Assembly (NCBI GenBank): GCA_045106895.1
Contig: JBGCFM010000039.1
Span: 206,817-270,816 of the forward strand
Direction: 5' to 3'
DNA length: 64,000 nt
Source of the DNA: Polyangiales bacterium
GTDB taxonomy: Bacteria > Myxococcota_A > Polyangia > Polyangiales > Houyiibacteriaceae
Shown: positions 17,982-28,311 of the stretch, in pieces
Layout: each line of letters begins with the position of its first letter
How positions within the stretch are numbered: the stretch's first letter is position 1
Made by a program: the position numbers and the translations under genes
Notes under the pieces: model-generated
The model's database searches: none
What the model was told of the DNA's origin: nothing
Seen by the model: the letters and a program-made list of their open reading frames with translations, nothing else

Positions 17982-19267
17982 GAGGCAGTACGCGCGGAAC
18001 GATTCTCACGACGGGCCGGCGGCGCATCGTCATCGCCTTAGCGATTCTGTCCGCCGTGGCGACGGTCGTCTCCATGCTCTATGGCGCGAAACTCCGTGGC
18101 ATGACGCCTACGGCTATCGACTCTTACGGAGCCGGGCCTTTGGGCCACCGGCTCTTCGCCGAGACGCTCATCGAGCTCGACTACTTTGTCGCGCAGAACC
18201 GCGGAGCGAACTTTACGGGCACACCGAACCCGCTGTGGCTCCTCGAACCCAAAGTCCAGGGGCGCGCCGGCGGCTTTGACCAAGAACTGGAACCCGTGCT
18301 CGTCGAGCGCAGCGCCGCTGGCCTGCCCACTGTCGTCGTTCTGCCCAAGTGGCTCCTCTTCCCCGCGGAGGACAACGTCCCAACGATCGGTCGGGACAGC
18401 GTGGGCCCGGGCCTGATTCGCGACGCGGCCCTCCCCGGCGCTCAGCTCAACCTGGTGATAGGCGACTCGACACGCGAGCTCACTGGCGTCCTCGGCACCT
18501 TCAGAGTCGAGCTCCCTAACCTTCAGGTCTTCACCTCCGTTGGAAACTACGACGAGGTGCTCCTCGACGCTGCCGAAGGGGCCGTCGTCGTCCGCTCTGC
18601 GTCGGGCCTCATCGTCGTGTCCGATCCCGACATCTTTCACAACTACAACTTCCATCGCGCACAGCACGCGGACTTGGCCGTCGCAATCCTTGAGCGCGGC
18701 TTCGCCGTCGCCAGCGACACTGTGGTCTTGGACGAGGTCTTTCACGGCCACGGCGCGCAGTTCTCGCTCGGCGAGGCGATGGGCGAGTTCCCGGCTGTGC
18801 TCCTCGTCGTGCACTTGATCCTTGTGATGCTCATCCTCTTCTCGATGGGAACGCGCCGCTTCGGACCTGCGCTGAACACGGAACCCATCGGCCACGGGCC
18901 CACCGAAGCCATCGAGGTGAGCGCTTCCGTTCTCGCCGACGGCCAAGGCGCAGGTTCCATCGTTTTCCAGTACGTCCACGAAGTACTCAGCCACGCACAC
19001 TCGCAGCTGGGCCTTCCTCCAAAGCCGACGCTCGACGCAATCGCCGCAGACCTCGATGAGTCGCTGGTTCGCCGTGGAGGCACCGCCGCCGCCTCCCAGC
19101 TCTTCGCCCGCGCCGGTGCGCTCCGCTACGAAAAAAAGAGCAGCGCCGAACTCTGGCGTATCGCCGCCAAAGTCCACTCCTTTCGCGACGAGCTCCTCGC
19201 TCGACGCCGCGGACAGAAGCGCAATGACGCCTCGCCTACTCCCAACACCCCGGAACAAGCCGCATGA
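17978..19267 (+). CDS. DUF4350-like protein
   Basis: ATG 17978 overlaps the upstream TGA. TM, SYGAGPLGH, VVSDPDIFHN, VVLDEVFHG, TM, RRFGP. Confidence 0.75.
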   Translation: MRGSTRGTILTTGRRRIVIALAILSAVATVVSMLYGAKLRGMTPTAIDSYGAGPLGHRLFAETLIELDYFVAQNRGANFTGTPNPLWLLEPKVQGRAGGFDQELEPVLVERSAAGLPTVVVLPKWLLFPAEDNVPTIGRDSVGPGLIRDAALPGAQLNLVIGDSTRELTGVLGTFRVELPNLQVFTSVGNYDEVLLDAAEGAVVVRSASGLIVVSDPDIFHNYNFHRAQHADLAVAILERGFAVASDTVVLDEVFHGHGAQFSLGEAMGEFPAVLLVVHLILVMLILFSMGTRRFGPALNTEPIGHGPTEAIEVSASVLADGQGAGSIVFQYVHEVLSHAHSQLGLPPKPTLDAIAADLDESLVRRGGTAAASQLFARAGALRYEKKSSAELWRIAAKVHSFRDELLARRRGQKRNDASPTPNTPEQAA

Positions 19268-20220
19268 CCCCCGAACACGTTGCCCAAACACTCCAGACCC
19301 TCACCGCACGGATCGGTGGCGCCGTCTTTGGCTCCGAGACCAACGTTCGTTACGCCTTCATCGCGTTTCTCGTCAAAGGTCACCTTCTTCTGGAGGGGGT
19401 CCCCGGCACGGGAAAGACCTTCCTGGCGCGCGCTTTCTCCCACTGCCTGGGCCTCGACATGCGACGCGTTCAGTGCACGCCTGACTTGATGCCCGGAGAT
19501 GTCGTCGGCGCGAATATCTTCGACTTCAAGACCCAGTCCTTCACCCTCATCCAAGGGCCGGTCTTCTGCGAGTTTCTTCTCGTCGACGAGGTCAACCGAA
19601 CGCCGCCAAAGACGCAGAGCGCGCTCCTCGAAGCGATGCAGGAACGGAGCGTCACCATCGACGGCAAGACCCACCCGCTCTCGGAGCGCTTCATGGTCAT
19701 CGCCACGCAGAACCCCGTCGAGCACGAAGGAACGTACCCTCTTCCGGAAGCACAGCTCGACCGCTTTCTCTTCAAGCTCGATGTGGGCTACCCCAACGAG
19801 GAACAGGAAGTCGGCGCGGTCCTCGCTCACTGTTCGAGCTCCGGAACACCGGACATGGACGCCATCGGCCTTGAGCGCCTCCTCAGCGGAGACGACATCG
19901 ACACGCTCCGCGCCGTCCCCGCGCAGGTCCATGTCGACCCAGCCATCGCGCGCTACGCCGTTCATCTCGCCCGCGCCACGCGACAGCACCCTTCCCTCGC
20001 CGTTGGCCTTTCCCCCCGAGCCGCAACGATGCTCACCGCCGCCGCGCGCGCCAACGCCGCTTGTGAGGCGCGAAACTACGTCGTCCCCGACGATATCAAG
20101 GCGCTCTTCGTCGCCTGCGGACGCCATCGCGTGATGGTGACGCCGGCGGCGGAGATGGACGACGTCAACGTCGACGAAGTTCTCCACCAAGTCGTGGCGC
20201 AGGTCCCCACTCCTCGCTGA
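19264..20220 (+). CDS. MoxR-family AAA+ ATPase
   Basis: GHLLLEGVPGTGKT (Walker A), RVQCTPDLMPGD, LLVDEVNRTPPKTQSALLEAMQE, ATQNPVEHEGTYPLPEAQLDRF. Confidence 0.95.
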   Translation: MTPEHVAQTLQTLTARIGGAVFGSETNVRYAFIAFLVKGHLLLEGVPGTGKTFLARAFSHCLGLDMRRVQCTPDLMPGDVVGANIFDFKTQSFTLIQGPVFCEFLLVDEVNRTPPKTQSALLEAMQERSVTIDGKTHPLSERFMVIATQNPVEHEGTYPLPEAQLDRFLFKLDVGYPNEEQEVGAVLAHCSSSGTPDMDAIGLERLLSGDDIDTLRAVPAQVHVDPAIARYAVHLARATRQHPSLAVGLSPRAATMLTAAARANAACEARNYVVPDDIKALFVACGRHRVMVTPAAEMDDVNVDEVLHQVVAQVPTPR

Positions 20221-20228
20221 TCGCGTTC

Positions 20229-21536
20229 ATGGCTCCATCCCCCCGACTACTGCTCCTCGCGCTCGCTGGAATCGCTCTCTCGGCGCTTCCGCTTTTCGTG
20301 CAGCCCAGCCTCTGGGTCGTACCGGCGTTGATGTGGGGTGTGCTCGGCGGCGCGATGGCCTTCGATGCCTGGATCCTCTGGCGCGCAGCGCCGGTGGTCC
20401 GCGCGACGCCGCCGGCGGCCCTCGGCGTCGGCGACTCCTTTGAGATCCCCGTGGAGCTCGAGCTCGCCGCCGCTCCCGCCGCCCTCCGCACCACGCTACG
20501 CTCCGAAGTCGAATCACCTCTCACGAGCGCGGGGGACACCAACCTCAAAGCCGGTGCGGGAAAAACGCCCCACATCATTCGCGTCGATGCGCCCCGCCGT
20601 GGCAAAGGAGAGCTGAGTGCCGTGTGGTCTCGCGTCGACGGGCCCCTCGGCACGATGCGCCGCATCGAACGTCATGAGCTCGCGCTGCCCATCAGCGTCA
20701 TCCCCAACGCCGAGCGCGTGCGAGAGCTCGCCGTCGCGCACTTCGGTTCGCAGCCGACGGGCGGGGCGCACATTCAGAAACGAACCGGCGATGGCGGCGA
20801 GCTAGATTATCTCGAGGCGTATCAGCCAGGCATGGACCTCCGAAAGGTCGATTGGAAGTCCACGGCCCGTCACCAGAACCTTCAGATTCGCCGCTTTCGT
20901 TCGGAACAGAACCAGCGGATTATCCTCTGCGCAGACACCGGTCGCTTGATGGCCGATCCCATCGACGGCGTACAGCGACTCGACCACGCCATCCACTCCA
21001 TGCTTCTGCTGGCCTCCGTCGCCCTCAAGGGCGGCGACCTCGTCGGCGTTCACGGCTACGACGCCCAGGTCCGCGGCTGGGCTCCCCCGGGTGGTGGGCC
21101 ACGACAGCTGGCGCGTGTTCGAAAGACCCTCGCCAGCCTACGTGCCGCACCGGAAGAGACCAACCACGTCATCGGCGTCCACCACCTCTTGGGTCACCTC
21201 AAACGCCGCTCTCTCATCGTGGTGTTCACGGAGTTCACGGACTCCACCACCGCCGAGCTAATGATCGACCACCTCGCTCACCTGGCGCGCCGACACTTGG
21301 TGGTCTTCGTCGCGTTGGATGACCCCGCCATCGAGACCCCGATGCTTGTCGCACCGAAAACCGCGAGCGACCTGACGAGAACCATCGTCGCCGGCGAACT
21401 GAGGCAAAACCGGGAGCGTGTTCTCCGGCGTCTCCGTCGCTCCGGAGTCGACGTGATCTCGGGTCCTCCGGGCCCCGCCGCCCTTCGCCTCCTCGAGCGC
21501 TACGTTCGCATCAAACGTCGAGGGCTCATCGGATGA
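20229..21536 (+). CDS. DUF58 / vWA-like protein
   Basis: GGELDYLEAYQPGMDLRKVDWKSTAR, DTGRLM, RRSLIVVFTE. Confidence 0.9.
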   Translation: MAPSPRLLLLALAGIALSALPLFVQPSLWVVPALMWGVLGGAMAFDAWILWRAAPVVRATPPAALGVGDSFEIPVELELAAAPAALRTTLRSEVESPLTSAGDTNLKAGAGKTPHIIRVDAPRRGKGELSAVWSRVDGPLGTMRRIERHELALPISVIPNAERVRELAVAHFGSQPTGGAHIQKRTGDGGELDYLEAYQPGMDLRKVDWKSTARHQNLQIRRFRSEQNQRIILCADTGRLMADPIDGVQRLDHAIHSMLLLASVALKGGDLVGVHGYDAQVRGWAPPGGGPRQLARVRKTLASLRAAPEETNHVIGVHHLLGHLKRRSLIVVFTEFTDSTTAELMIDHLAHLARRHLVVFVALDDPAIETPMLVAPKTASDLTRTIVAGELRQNRERVLRRLRRSGVDVISGPPGPAALRLLERYVRIKRRGLIG

Positions 21537-22564
21537 GCGTAGGCCCAAGCACCAAGAAGAGCGGAACGCCACGCTCCGTCACGTTTCGCGCGGAACGTGA
21601 AGCGACCTGGAAAGAGCTCGACGGCCTCGTCGAACGTGCGCTCAAAGGCGGACTCAAGACCCTTCGGGAAGATGAGCTCCGTCGGCTTCCGGTGCTCTAT
21701 CGTTCGACGCTCTCGGCGTTGAGCGTGGCGCGCAAGACCGCCCTCGACCGCGCCCTCGTGGAATACCTCGAAGCCCTCGCCGCTCGTGCCTATCTCGCGG
21801 TCTACGGATCGAGGCGCTCCACGCGCGGCGCTCTTCGAAAACTCTTCTTGGAGACCTTTCCCCAGATGGTCCGCGCCCTCGCCGGTGAGATGGCGCTGGC
21901 GACGGCCATCACCGCCCTTGGCGTCGCCGTCTCCATGGCGCTCATGCACTCCGATGCAGGCTGGTACGACGCCTTTGTCGACCCAAGTCTGGCTGGTGGC
22001 CGAGACCCTCAGGCCTCGACGGAGTTTTTGCGCAACGCCCTCTACAACGGCGGCGACCAGGACGGCCTCAGCGTCTTCGCCACCTTCCTCTTCACGCACA
22101 ACGCACGCATCGGCCTCATGGCCTTCGCCCTGGGTTTCGCGGCGGGCATCCCCACAGCGCTCCTCCTCTTCAGCAACGGCCTGATGCTCGGAGCCTTCCT
22201 CTCGCTCTACGCCTCCCGAGGACTTCTTGTTCCGCTCTTGGGCTGGCTCTTGCCTCATGGTGTTCCAGAGATCGGCGCCATCATCCTCTGCGGTGGCGCG
22301 GGACTTCATCTGGGACGCAAGATGATCTGGCCGGGGCAAAGAACCGTGCGAACCGCCCTCGAACAAGGAGGGCGGAGGACGGCGCCGATCATCCTCGGCT
22401 CCGTTGTGCTCTTCGCCATCGCGGGCGTCATTGAGGGCGTCTTTCGACAGGTCATCACCAACGACATGGTTCGCTTCGCCCTCTTCGCCATCAACGCCAC
22501 CTGGTTCTTCGGCTGGCTCCTTCTGGGCGGCCGCAAACGCCGCGCGAAATCGAGCGCATCATGA
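21533..22564 (+). CDS. SpoIIM-family membrane protein
   Basis: FLFTHNARIG, NGLMLG, WLLPHGVPEIGAI, AGVIEG. Confidence 0.9.
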   Translation: MSVGPSTKKSGTPRSVTFRAEREATWKELDGLVERALKGGLKTLREDELRRLPVLYRSTLSALSVARKTALDRALVEYLEALAARAYLAVYGSRRSTRGALRKLFLETFPQMVRALAGEMALATAITALGVAVSMALMHSDAGWYDAFVDPSLAGGRDPQASTEFLRNALYNGGDQDGLSVFATFLFTHNARIGLMAFALGFAAGIPTALLLFSNGLMLGAFLSLYASRGLLVPLLGWLLPHGVPEIGAIILCGGAGLHLGRKMIWPGQRTVRTALEQGGRRTAPIILGSVVLFAIAGVIEGVFRQVITNDMVRFALFAINATWFFGWLLLGGRKRRAKSSAS

Positions 22565-23421
22565 GTGAGCGCGACCAAATCGAAGTCATCGGCCCCGAAG
22601 GCGTTCCACTTCGCTTCCCCGCCGCGCTTGTGGCGGAGCGCGCATTCGCCTTCTGCGTCGACATGGCGCTCGTGATGCTCGCCCTCTTCTTCGTCACCCT
22701 CGTATCGGTCTACACCATGGGCTTCACGGGGATGAGCGAGCCAATTATTCTGCTCTTCGTCGGCGTCTTCTTCCTTCGATACGGCTACTTCACGTTCTTC
22801 GAGATCTACTGGCAAGGCTCGACGCCCGGCAAACGCCTCCTCAACATCAAAGTCATCAGCCGAGACGGCGGTGGCCTGAGCACGGACGCCGTGGTTGCGC
22901 GGAACCTCATGCGTGACGTGGAACTCTTCATCCCCCTCGTCGCACTCTTCGCGCCTCAAGCCGTGTTCGGCGAGCTTCCTTGGTGGCTCGGCGTGTCCAT
23001 GAGCGCCTGGCTTGTGCTCATGCTCGCGCTGCCGTTCTTTGGACGGGAGCGCGCGCGCGTCGGTGATCTCGTCGGCGGCACGCTCGTGATTCGCGTTCCG
23101 AGAGCGCGGCTCATCGCAGACGCCGCGCGACACTCATTGGCGCCCGCAGAGTCGCTACACTTCAACGAAGCCCAGCTAAAGATCTACGGCGAAGCCGAGC
23201 TTGAGACTCTCGCGAAGTTGCTGCGCGATTTCGACGACGGCGTAGTGACGCTCCACGACCTCGCCGTCGTCGCCCAAACCATCGCACGCAAGATTCAGTT
23301 CGCCAGCATGCCCGCGGACCCTGCGAGCTTCCTCCGCGGGTTCTACAAAGCGCAGCGCGTGGCCTTGGAGAAACGGCTCCTCTTTGGGAAACGCAAAGCG
23401 TCAAAGTTCGACGCGGAGTAA
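22561..23421 (+). CDS. RDD-family membrane protein
   Basis: PEGVPL...ERAFAFCVD, YFTFFE...GSTPGKR, RNLMRDVE, RVGDLVGGTLV. Confidence 0.9.
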   Translation: MSERDQIEVIGPEGVPLRFPAALVAERAFAFCVDMALVMLALFFVTLVSVYTMGFTGMSEPIILLFVGVFFLRYGYFTFFEIYWQGSTPGKRLLNIKVISRDGGGLSTDAVVARNLMRDVELFIPLVALFAPQAVFGELPWWLGVSMSAWLVLMLALPFFGRERARVGDLVGGTLVIRVPRARLIADAARHSLAPAESLHFNEAQLKIYGEAELETLAKLLRDFDDGVVTLHDLAVVAQTIARKIQFASMPADPASFLRGFYKAQRVALEKRLLFGKRKASKFDAE

Positions 23422-23445
23422 CCGGTCGCTTAGTCGCTCAGTGGG

Positions 23446-23985
23446 TCAATCGCTAAGGGCGGCTCGAAGACCACGAAGCGTTTCTGGAACATCGGCGATT
23501 GTCCGGTTCAGCATGAGCCGACCTTCGACGACGCCGTCCGCGGGATGCGCCCGTAGCCATTGTTCTAACGAGGGCGGTAGCGCGTCTAAATGCGCCGCTG
23601 GCCCGCGATAAAACCACCCCTCGGGGAGCGCGGGATGCGTCGACCTGACGTACGACGTGCCATCCAGCCCACCACGACGCAGTTCATTCGGGTGCACGGC
23701 GCTGATGAGGCCGGTCCATAGCTTCACCGCTATCGTCGCTGTCGTGGCGTTCGAGACCCAAATCCGCGTGTCACGTCCATGAGGACGACCGGAGAGTTCC
23801 CAGTGGCCGCTGCGAAGAGGGCCCCCGCTCACACCTAAATGCATCTCGAGCGCTACGCTCAACGCCTCGGCGGTATCGCGAAGGTCCTCGCGCCTCGCCT
23901 TCTTGTCCGACTGATGAGAGCGATGCAGCACCAGGAGCGCGGCGAGGCCGGCCACCGGAAGTGCTGCGAAGAGCACGGGGATCAC
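23446..23985 (-). CDS. Hypothetical protein with N-terminal TM anchor
   Basis: GTG at 23985 overlaps the yggX TGA (GTGA). MIPVLFAALPVAGLAALLVL anchor. Confidence 0.55.
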   Translation of the reverse strand: MIPVLFAALPVAGLAALLVLHRSHQSDKKARREDLRDTAEALSVALEMHLGVSGGPLRSGHWELSGRPHGRDTRIWVSNATTATIAVKLWTGLISAVHPNELRRGGLDGTSYVRSTHPALPEGWFYRGPAAHLDALPPSLEQWLRAHPADGVVEGRLMLNRTIADVPETLRGLRAALSD

Positions 23986-24311
23986 TCGCTGGACGTGTCC
24001 GCGGCTTCGGTCTTGTCTGCATCCTCTTCTGGAGGTGTCCACGCCGTGGGCTGCATTTCGCCTTCTTCGAGGCCAAGCCAAATCCGAAGTTGCTTGATCA
24101 AAAACTCGGTGCCTTCGCGCGTTCCAAGATCGATGCGATACGTGTTGATCAACCGAACGCTCTCCTCGAGCCACAGGTCCCAGGCCTCCTTGGAGACCTT
24201 GTCAGCGATTTCGGTGCCAAACTCCGTTGGAAATGGCGCCTTGGCGAGGGCAGGAAGTTCCTTGTCGAGCTTGATGCAGTGAACAACGCGGTCGGGATGA
24301 GCTTCTGGCAT
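23982..24311 (-). CDS. yggX: Fe(II)-trafficking / oxidative damage protection protein
   Basis: RVVHCIKLDKE...PFPTEFG...VSKEAWDLW...LINTYRIDL. Confidence 0.85.
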   Translation of the reverse strand: MPEAHPDRVVHCIKLDKELPALAKAPFPTEFGTEIADKVSKEAWDLWLEESVRLINTYRIDLGTREGTEFLIKQLRIWLGLEEGEMQPTAWTPPEEDADKTEAADTSSE

Positions 24312-24382
24312 GGCGAGGGTATGGCGCCATCGCGGGGCTTGTGCCAGCCCCGAATGTCGGAGCTCAAGAGGAAGGGAGCGTT

Positions 24383-24991
24383 TTAGCTCTCGGCGATGGA
24401 GACCAAGGTGTAATCACACGTGCCGGCGGCACCCGCCGTCACCGCCAGCGTAAGACTGGGGACATCGACTGCGACAGTCACTTCTTCCGCCATGAACGTA
24501 GCTGTGCCCGAACACACGCAATCTGCGTCATATGTACACGTGCCGGTCACATCACCACATGTGAACGTGGTGACCTCGTCTTCCGTGAGAACGGTGCACC
24601 CCGTGATGCCGACCGTGTTGCAGAAGGTAGGGTTTGCCACAGCTGGCGTCGCCATGTAGCTGCCGTCGTTCAGACAGATGACTGGAGGGCCCGTGTCAGG
24701 ACCGGAATCTGCGTCCGGCCCTGTGTCTTCCATGGGCCCAGCGTCAGGCATAGACGCGTCCGCGATGCCCACGTCTTCTTCTCCACCGTCTTGCTCGGGA
24801 CCGGTGTCTCGGCGAGGAGGTGTGCTGAACGGCACACACATTTGCGCTTCGCAGCGATTTCCAAGCTCGCAGTCCGTGTCGAGGACGCATTCGACGTCGT
24901 CGCCGCACCCGACGCTCGCGAAAAGCAGCCCAGTGAGCACACAGGTGGAGAGAAAAGCGAAGGACCTCCGCGGGCCAAGAATCGTGCTCAT
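24383..24991 (-). CDS. Cys-rich lipoprotein
   Basis: Lipobox-like SVG-C, then C-x4-DC-x5-C-x4-C, a DTG/DAS linker and a Cys-rich C-domain. Start at ATG 24991. Confidence 0.7.
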   Translation of the reverse strand: MSTILGPRRSFAFLSTCVLTGLLFASVGCGDDVECVLDTDCELGNRCEAQMCVPFSTPPRRDTGPEQDGGEEDVGIADASMPDAGPMEDTGPDADSGPDTGPPVICLNDGSYMATPAVANPTFCNTVGITGCTVLTEDEVTTFTCGDVTGTCTYDADCVCSGTATFMAEEVTVAVDVPSLTLAVTAGAAGTCDYTLVSIAES

Positions 24992-25087
24992 GAGCCCGTT
25001 ATAGCAAAGCCAGGGGAGCCACGGCTTCAAAATCCCTTACCTCAACCCGCATAAATGCAGATGAGCCCTTCCCCCACGAAGCGAAGC

Positions 25088-26149
25088 CTAAATGTCGTTG
25101 GTATCGACGCTGGCCATTTCGGAGAAGCCGAGCCGGTAGGCCGCCGAGGTGTTCGCTTGATAGGTGCCAACATAAATCTGGTAGGTGCCCGCGGTAAACG
25201 GCTGCGCCACGAGCGGGTTGAAGCCCTGCCCGGTCCCATCGTCGTTGCAAATAACCGTTCCATCGGGCCGCCGGATCGCCAGCATTAGGTCCGTCGTGCT
25301 CCGCGCCATCACGCGCATTCCGGGGCTGTCGGACTGAAGCACCAGTGTGTGTGTCGGCGCGACTCCGACGTACCCGGTGCACCCTGGACCCATGGCGCTC
25401 GCAGCGACGGTGCCCGTGACATTACCCATCACGATCTTGGGGTCCGGCATGAAACCGCGCGCAAGTGTCACGATCTGTTCGGTTCCCGCCGCGGGCGCCC
25501 CGGGTGCCGGTGTTGCAGCAGGCGCGGGGAGCGAACTAGGGACGACGCCTCCTAGCTCACTAAAGCCGAGGGTGTAGTTTGGTCGTTCGTTGGCGCGGTA
25601 CGCACCGACGAAGATCTTGTAGGTGCCAGGCGTCATGATCGCCTGAACCACCGGATTACGACCTTCGGTGTCGTCATCGCAGATATAAGATCCGTCGGGA
25701 CGTTGGACGACGAGCGTCGTGTCCTCCACCGCTCGAACCATGATGCGCATGTTCGCAAAGTTCGCTGTGGCGACGAAGAGGTGATTGGGCTGCGTGGCAA
25801 TGTACCCACGGCATCCAGGGGTATTGAGAATCGACGCGTTGCGCGCCCCACCTGCGACGCCCTGGGTGGTGTGCGGGTCAGGAGAGAACCCCGGCGCCAA
25901 GGTCACAGTCCCGTAGGCCGTCGCACCACCCGGCGCGACGCCGGGCTGACCTGGCTGCGGAGGTACTCCTGGCTGAGCGGGGACGCCCACCGCAGGCTGT
26001 GGCATGTTCGCTCCAGGAACCACGGAAGTCGGCGTGCCTGGAGCGATGGGCTGTGGCGCAACGGGCACCGTCTCCTCACCGCCGCCGCACGCACCCAGGG
26101 CCAAGACCAGACCAATTCCGTATAGCTTCCGAAGCATTTCGCTCTCCAT
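25088..26149 (-). CDS. Lipoprotein with two tandem PPC-like beta-sandwich domains
   Basis: Lipobox LGA-C. Two copies of LAxGFxPDP...GCxGY...RPDGxxICxDD...NP...GTYxIxVGxY...YxLGFSE. Confidence 0.8.
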   Translation of the reverse strand: MESEMLRKLYGIGLVLALGACGGGEETVPVAPQPIAPGTPTSVVPGANMPQPAVGVPAQPGVPPQPGQPGVAPGGATAYGTVTLAPGFSPDPHTTQGVAGGARNASILNTPGCRGYIATQPNHLFVATANFANMRIMVRAVEDTTLVVQRPDGSYICDDDTEGRNPVVQAIMTPGTYKIFVGAYRANERPNYTLGFSELGGVVPSSLPAPAATPAPGAPAAGTEQIVTLARGFMPDPKIVMGNVTGTVAASAMGPGCTGYVGVAPTHTLVLQSDSPGMRVMARSTTDLMLAIRRPDGTVICNDDGTGQGFNPLVAQPFTAGTYQIYVGTYQANTSAAYRLGFSEMASVDTNDI

Positions 26150-26184
26150 GACTCAGGTTACGTGACACGCGGGAAGATACTCCC

Positions 26185-26751
26185 CTAGGGCTCCCCTACG
26201 GCCTGAAAAAGCCGGCGCAGCATCAAGTAGGTAAGCCCCCACACGGTATGACCACGAACGTCGAAGCCCGGAAAACGCATGCGTTGCTCGCCCTCGACCC
26301 ACTCTTGCTCCGTGTCCACCTCGTGGCGCCACATCGGCGCCACCTCCGCCCAAAGGGCCTCGGCAACCTCGTAGTTGGGTGTGAGCTCGGGAATCTCGGT
26401 TAAGACGAAGAAAAACGGACGGATGCGCAAACCCATACGTCGTCCACGGGCAACGGCTTCCACATACTCCATCGCGCCGAGGCATGGCGCGTCGCTCAGG
26501 TCGAGGCCGAGCTCTTCGTGCGTCTCACGAATCGCGGTCGCCAAAAGGTCCGCGTCTGTGTCTTCATGCCGTCCCCCCGGAAAAGCCATCTGACCGCTCC
26601 AGGGATCGCGCTCGCTTTCCGCACGCCGGATAAAGAGCACCCGAAGCGGCGCCTCCACGAACACGACCGCGACCGCCGCGGCCCGCCCCTCGGGAGCCGC
26701 CACCTCGAAAGGCAGCGCTTTCAGTGCGGCTCTTATACGCTCAAGCTCCAT
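26185..26751 (-). CDS. Nudix hydrolase, CoA pyrophosphatase (NudL-like)
   Basis: SGQMAFPGG plus Nudix box GGRHEDTDADLLATAIRETHEELGL, and VWGLT. Confidence 0.9.
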   Translation of the reverse strand: MELERIRAALKALPFEVAAPEGRAAAVAVVFVEAPLRVLFIRRAESERDPWSGQMAFPGGRHEDTDADLLATAIRETHEELGLDLSDAPCLGAMEYVEAVARGRRMGLRIRPFFFVLTEIPELTPNYEVAEALWAEVAPMWRHEVDTEQEWVEGEQRMRFPGFDVRGHTVWGLTYLMLRRLFQAVGEP

Positions 26752-26935
26752 CCTCGCAGGCTACGCCGCGATCGCGCGCATACAAAGTCCCGTCACGCAC
26801 AAGAGGACTATTTTGACGGTGAAGCCGAGAGCAGCGGCGAGGAGGGCTCCCTTCTAAGAAAGATCTCACACCCTCGCTCCTCGCGCCGGCCTTGAGCGTT
26901 GCGTCGTGGGTGACTCCCTGTAGAGTCCGGACGAA

Positions 26936-28246
26936 ATGATCCCGCGCTACACCCCCGAAGACTTCTCGGCCCTGTGGACGCCTCGGAGGCGTTTCGAACT
27001 CTGGCTCGACGTCGAGCTCGCTGCTTGCCGCGCCATGGAAAACGCCGGCACCGTGCCAAAGGGAAGCGCTGACAAAGTTGCGCCCTTCCGCGACAAGCTC
27101 GACCCGGCGCGAATCCTCGAGATCGAAAAGACCACGCGTCACGACGTCATCGCTTTTCTGACGCACATGGAAGAGCTCGCCGGTGAGCCCGCACGTTGGC
27201 TCCACCGTGGAATGACCTCGTCGGACGTTCTCGACACGAGCTTTGCGCTTCTTCTTCGTGAAGCCTCGGACCTCCTCCTCGCGCGCTTCGACACGCTCCT
27301 CGACACCTTCGAGAAGCGAATCGAGGAACACAAGATGACGCCCGCCATCGGACGCTCCCACGCGATTCACGCGGAACCGGTCACCTTCGGCGTGATCCTC
27401 GCGGGACACTACGCTGAACTCGTCCGAGCCCGAGAGCGCCTGGTCATCGCCCGCGCCGCGATTTCCGTCGGCAAGATCGCCGGCGCCGTGGGGACCTACG
27501 CCCACCTCACACCCGCGATTGAGAGTGAAGCCCTCGGCGCCCTTGGTTTGGCCGGCGAAACCGTCGCCACGCAGGTCGTCGCTCGCGACCGACACGCGGA
27601 GTTCACCTCGGCCTTGGCTCTCGCCGCGGCCGCCATCGAGCGCTTCGCGACGAACGTTCGCCACTGGCAACGAACGGAAGTTGGCGAGGCCGAAGAGCAC
27701 TTCAAGAAGGGGCAAAAGGGCTCCAGCGCAATGCCGCACAAGAGAAACCCTGTGCTGACCGAGAACCTGTGTGGCCTCGCCCGTGTGGTCCGCGCCGCCG
27801 TGACACCGGCCATGGAGAACATCTCACTCTGGCACGAGCGAGACATCAGCCATTCGTCGGTGGAGCGGATGATGATGCCCGACGCCACCGCCACCCTCGG
27901 CTTCATGCTCGACCGTTGTCAGAAGGTCATCGCGGACTTGGTCGTCTACCCCGAGCGCCTCAAACAAAACCTGGAACAGACCGGCGGGCTTTGGGCGAGC
28001 GAAGGTGTGTTGCTCGCCCTCGTCGGCACAGGTCTGGGGCGCCAAGAGGCGTACGTCCTCGTGCAGCGCAACGCCATGAAGGCCTTCGCGGGGGAAGGCG
28101 AGTTTAAGGATCTCCTCGCTGCGGACCCGGACATCGCCAAGCGCCTCGATCGTGAGGCCATCCTCACACACTTCGATCTCGAACACGCGCTCGCGTCAGC
28201 GCCTGCCATCATCGAGCGTGCCTTTGCCGCCCGAGCACGAAACTAA
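26936..28246 (+). CDS. purB: Adenylosuccinate lyase
   Basis: [33 protein letters not shown] and signature [11 protein letters not shown]. Confidence 0.97.
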   Translation: MIPRYTPEDFSALWTPRRRFELWLDVELAACRAMENAGTVPKGSADKVAPFRDKLDPARILEIEKTTRHDVIAFLTHMEELAGEPARWLHRGMTSSDVLDTSFALLLREASDLLLARFDTLLDTFEKRIEEHKMTPAIGRSHAIHAEPVTFGVILAGHYAELVRARERLVIARAAISVGKIAGAVGTYAHLTPAIESEALGALGLAGETVATQVVARDRHAEFTSALALAAAAIERFATNVRHWQRTEVGEAEEHFKKGQKGSSAMPHKRNPVLTENLCGLARVVRAAVTPAMENISLWHERDISHSSVERMMMPDATATLGFMLDRCQKVIADLVVYPERLKQNLEQTGGLWASEGVLLALVGTGLGRQEAYVLVQRNAMKAFAGEGEFKDLLAADPDIAKRLDREAILTHFDLEHALASAPAIIERAFAARARN

Positions 28247-28311
28247 GCTTCGACCCCCGCCCATCGCAACCAGCCTCGTCACCAAGCGTCTGCCGCAGTC
28301 AGGAACCGTCA

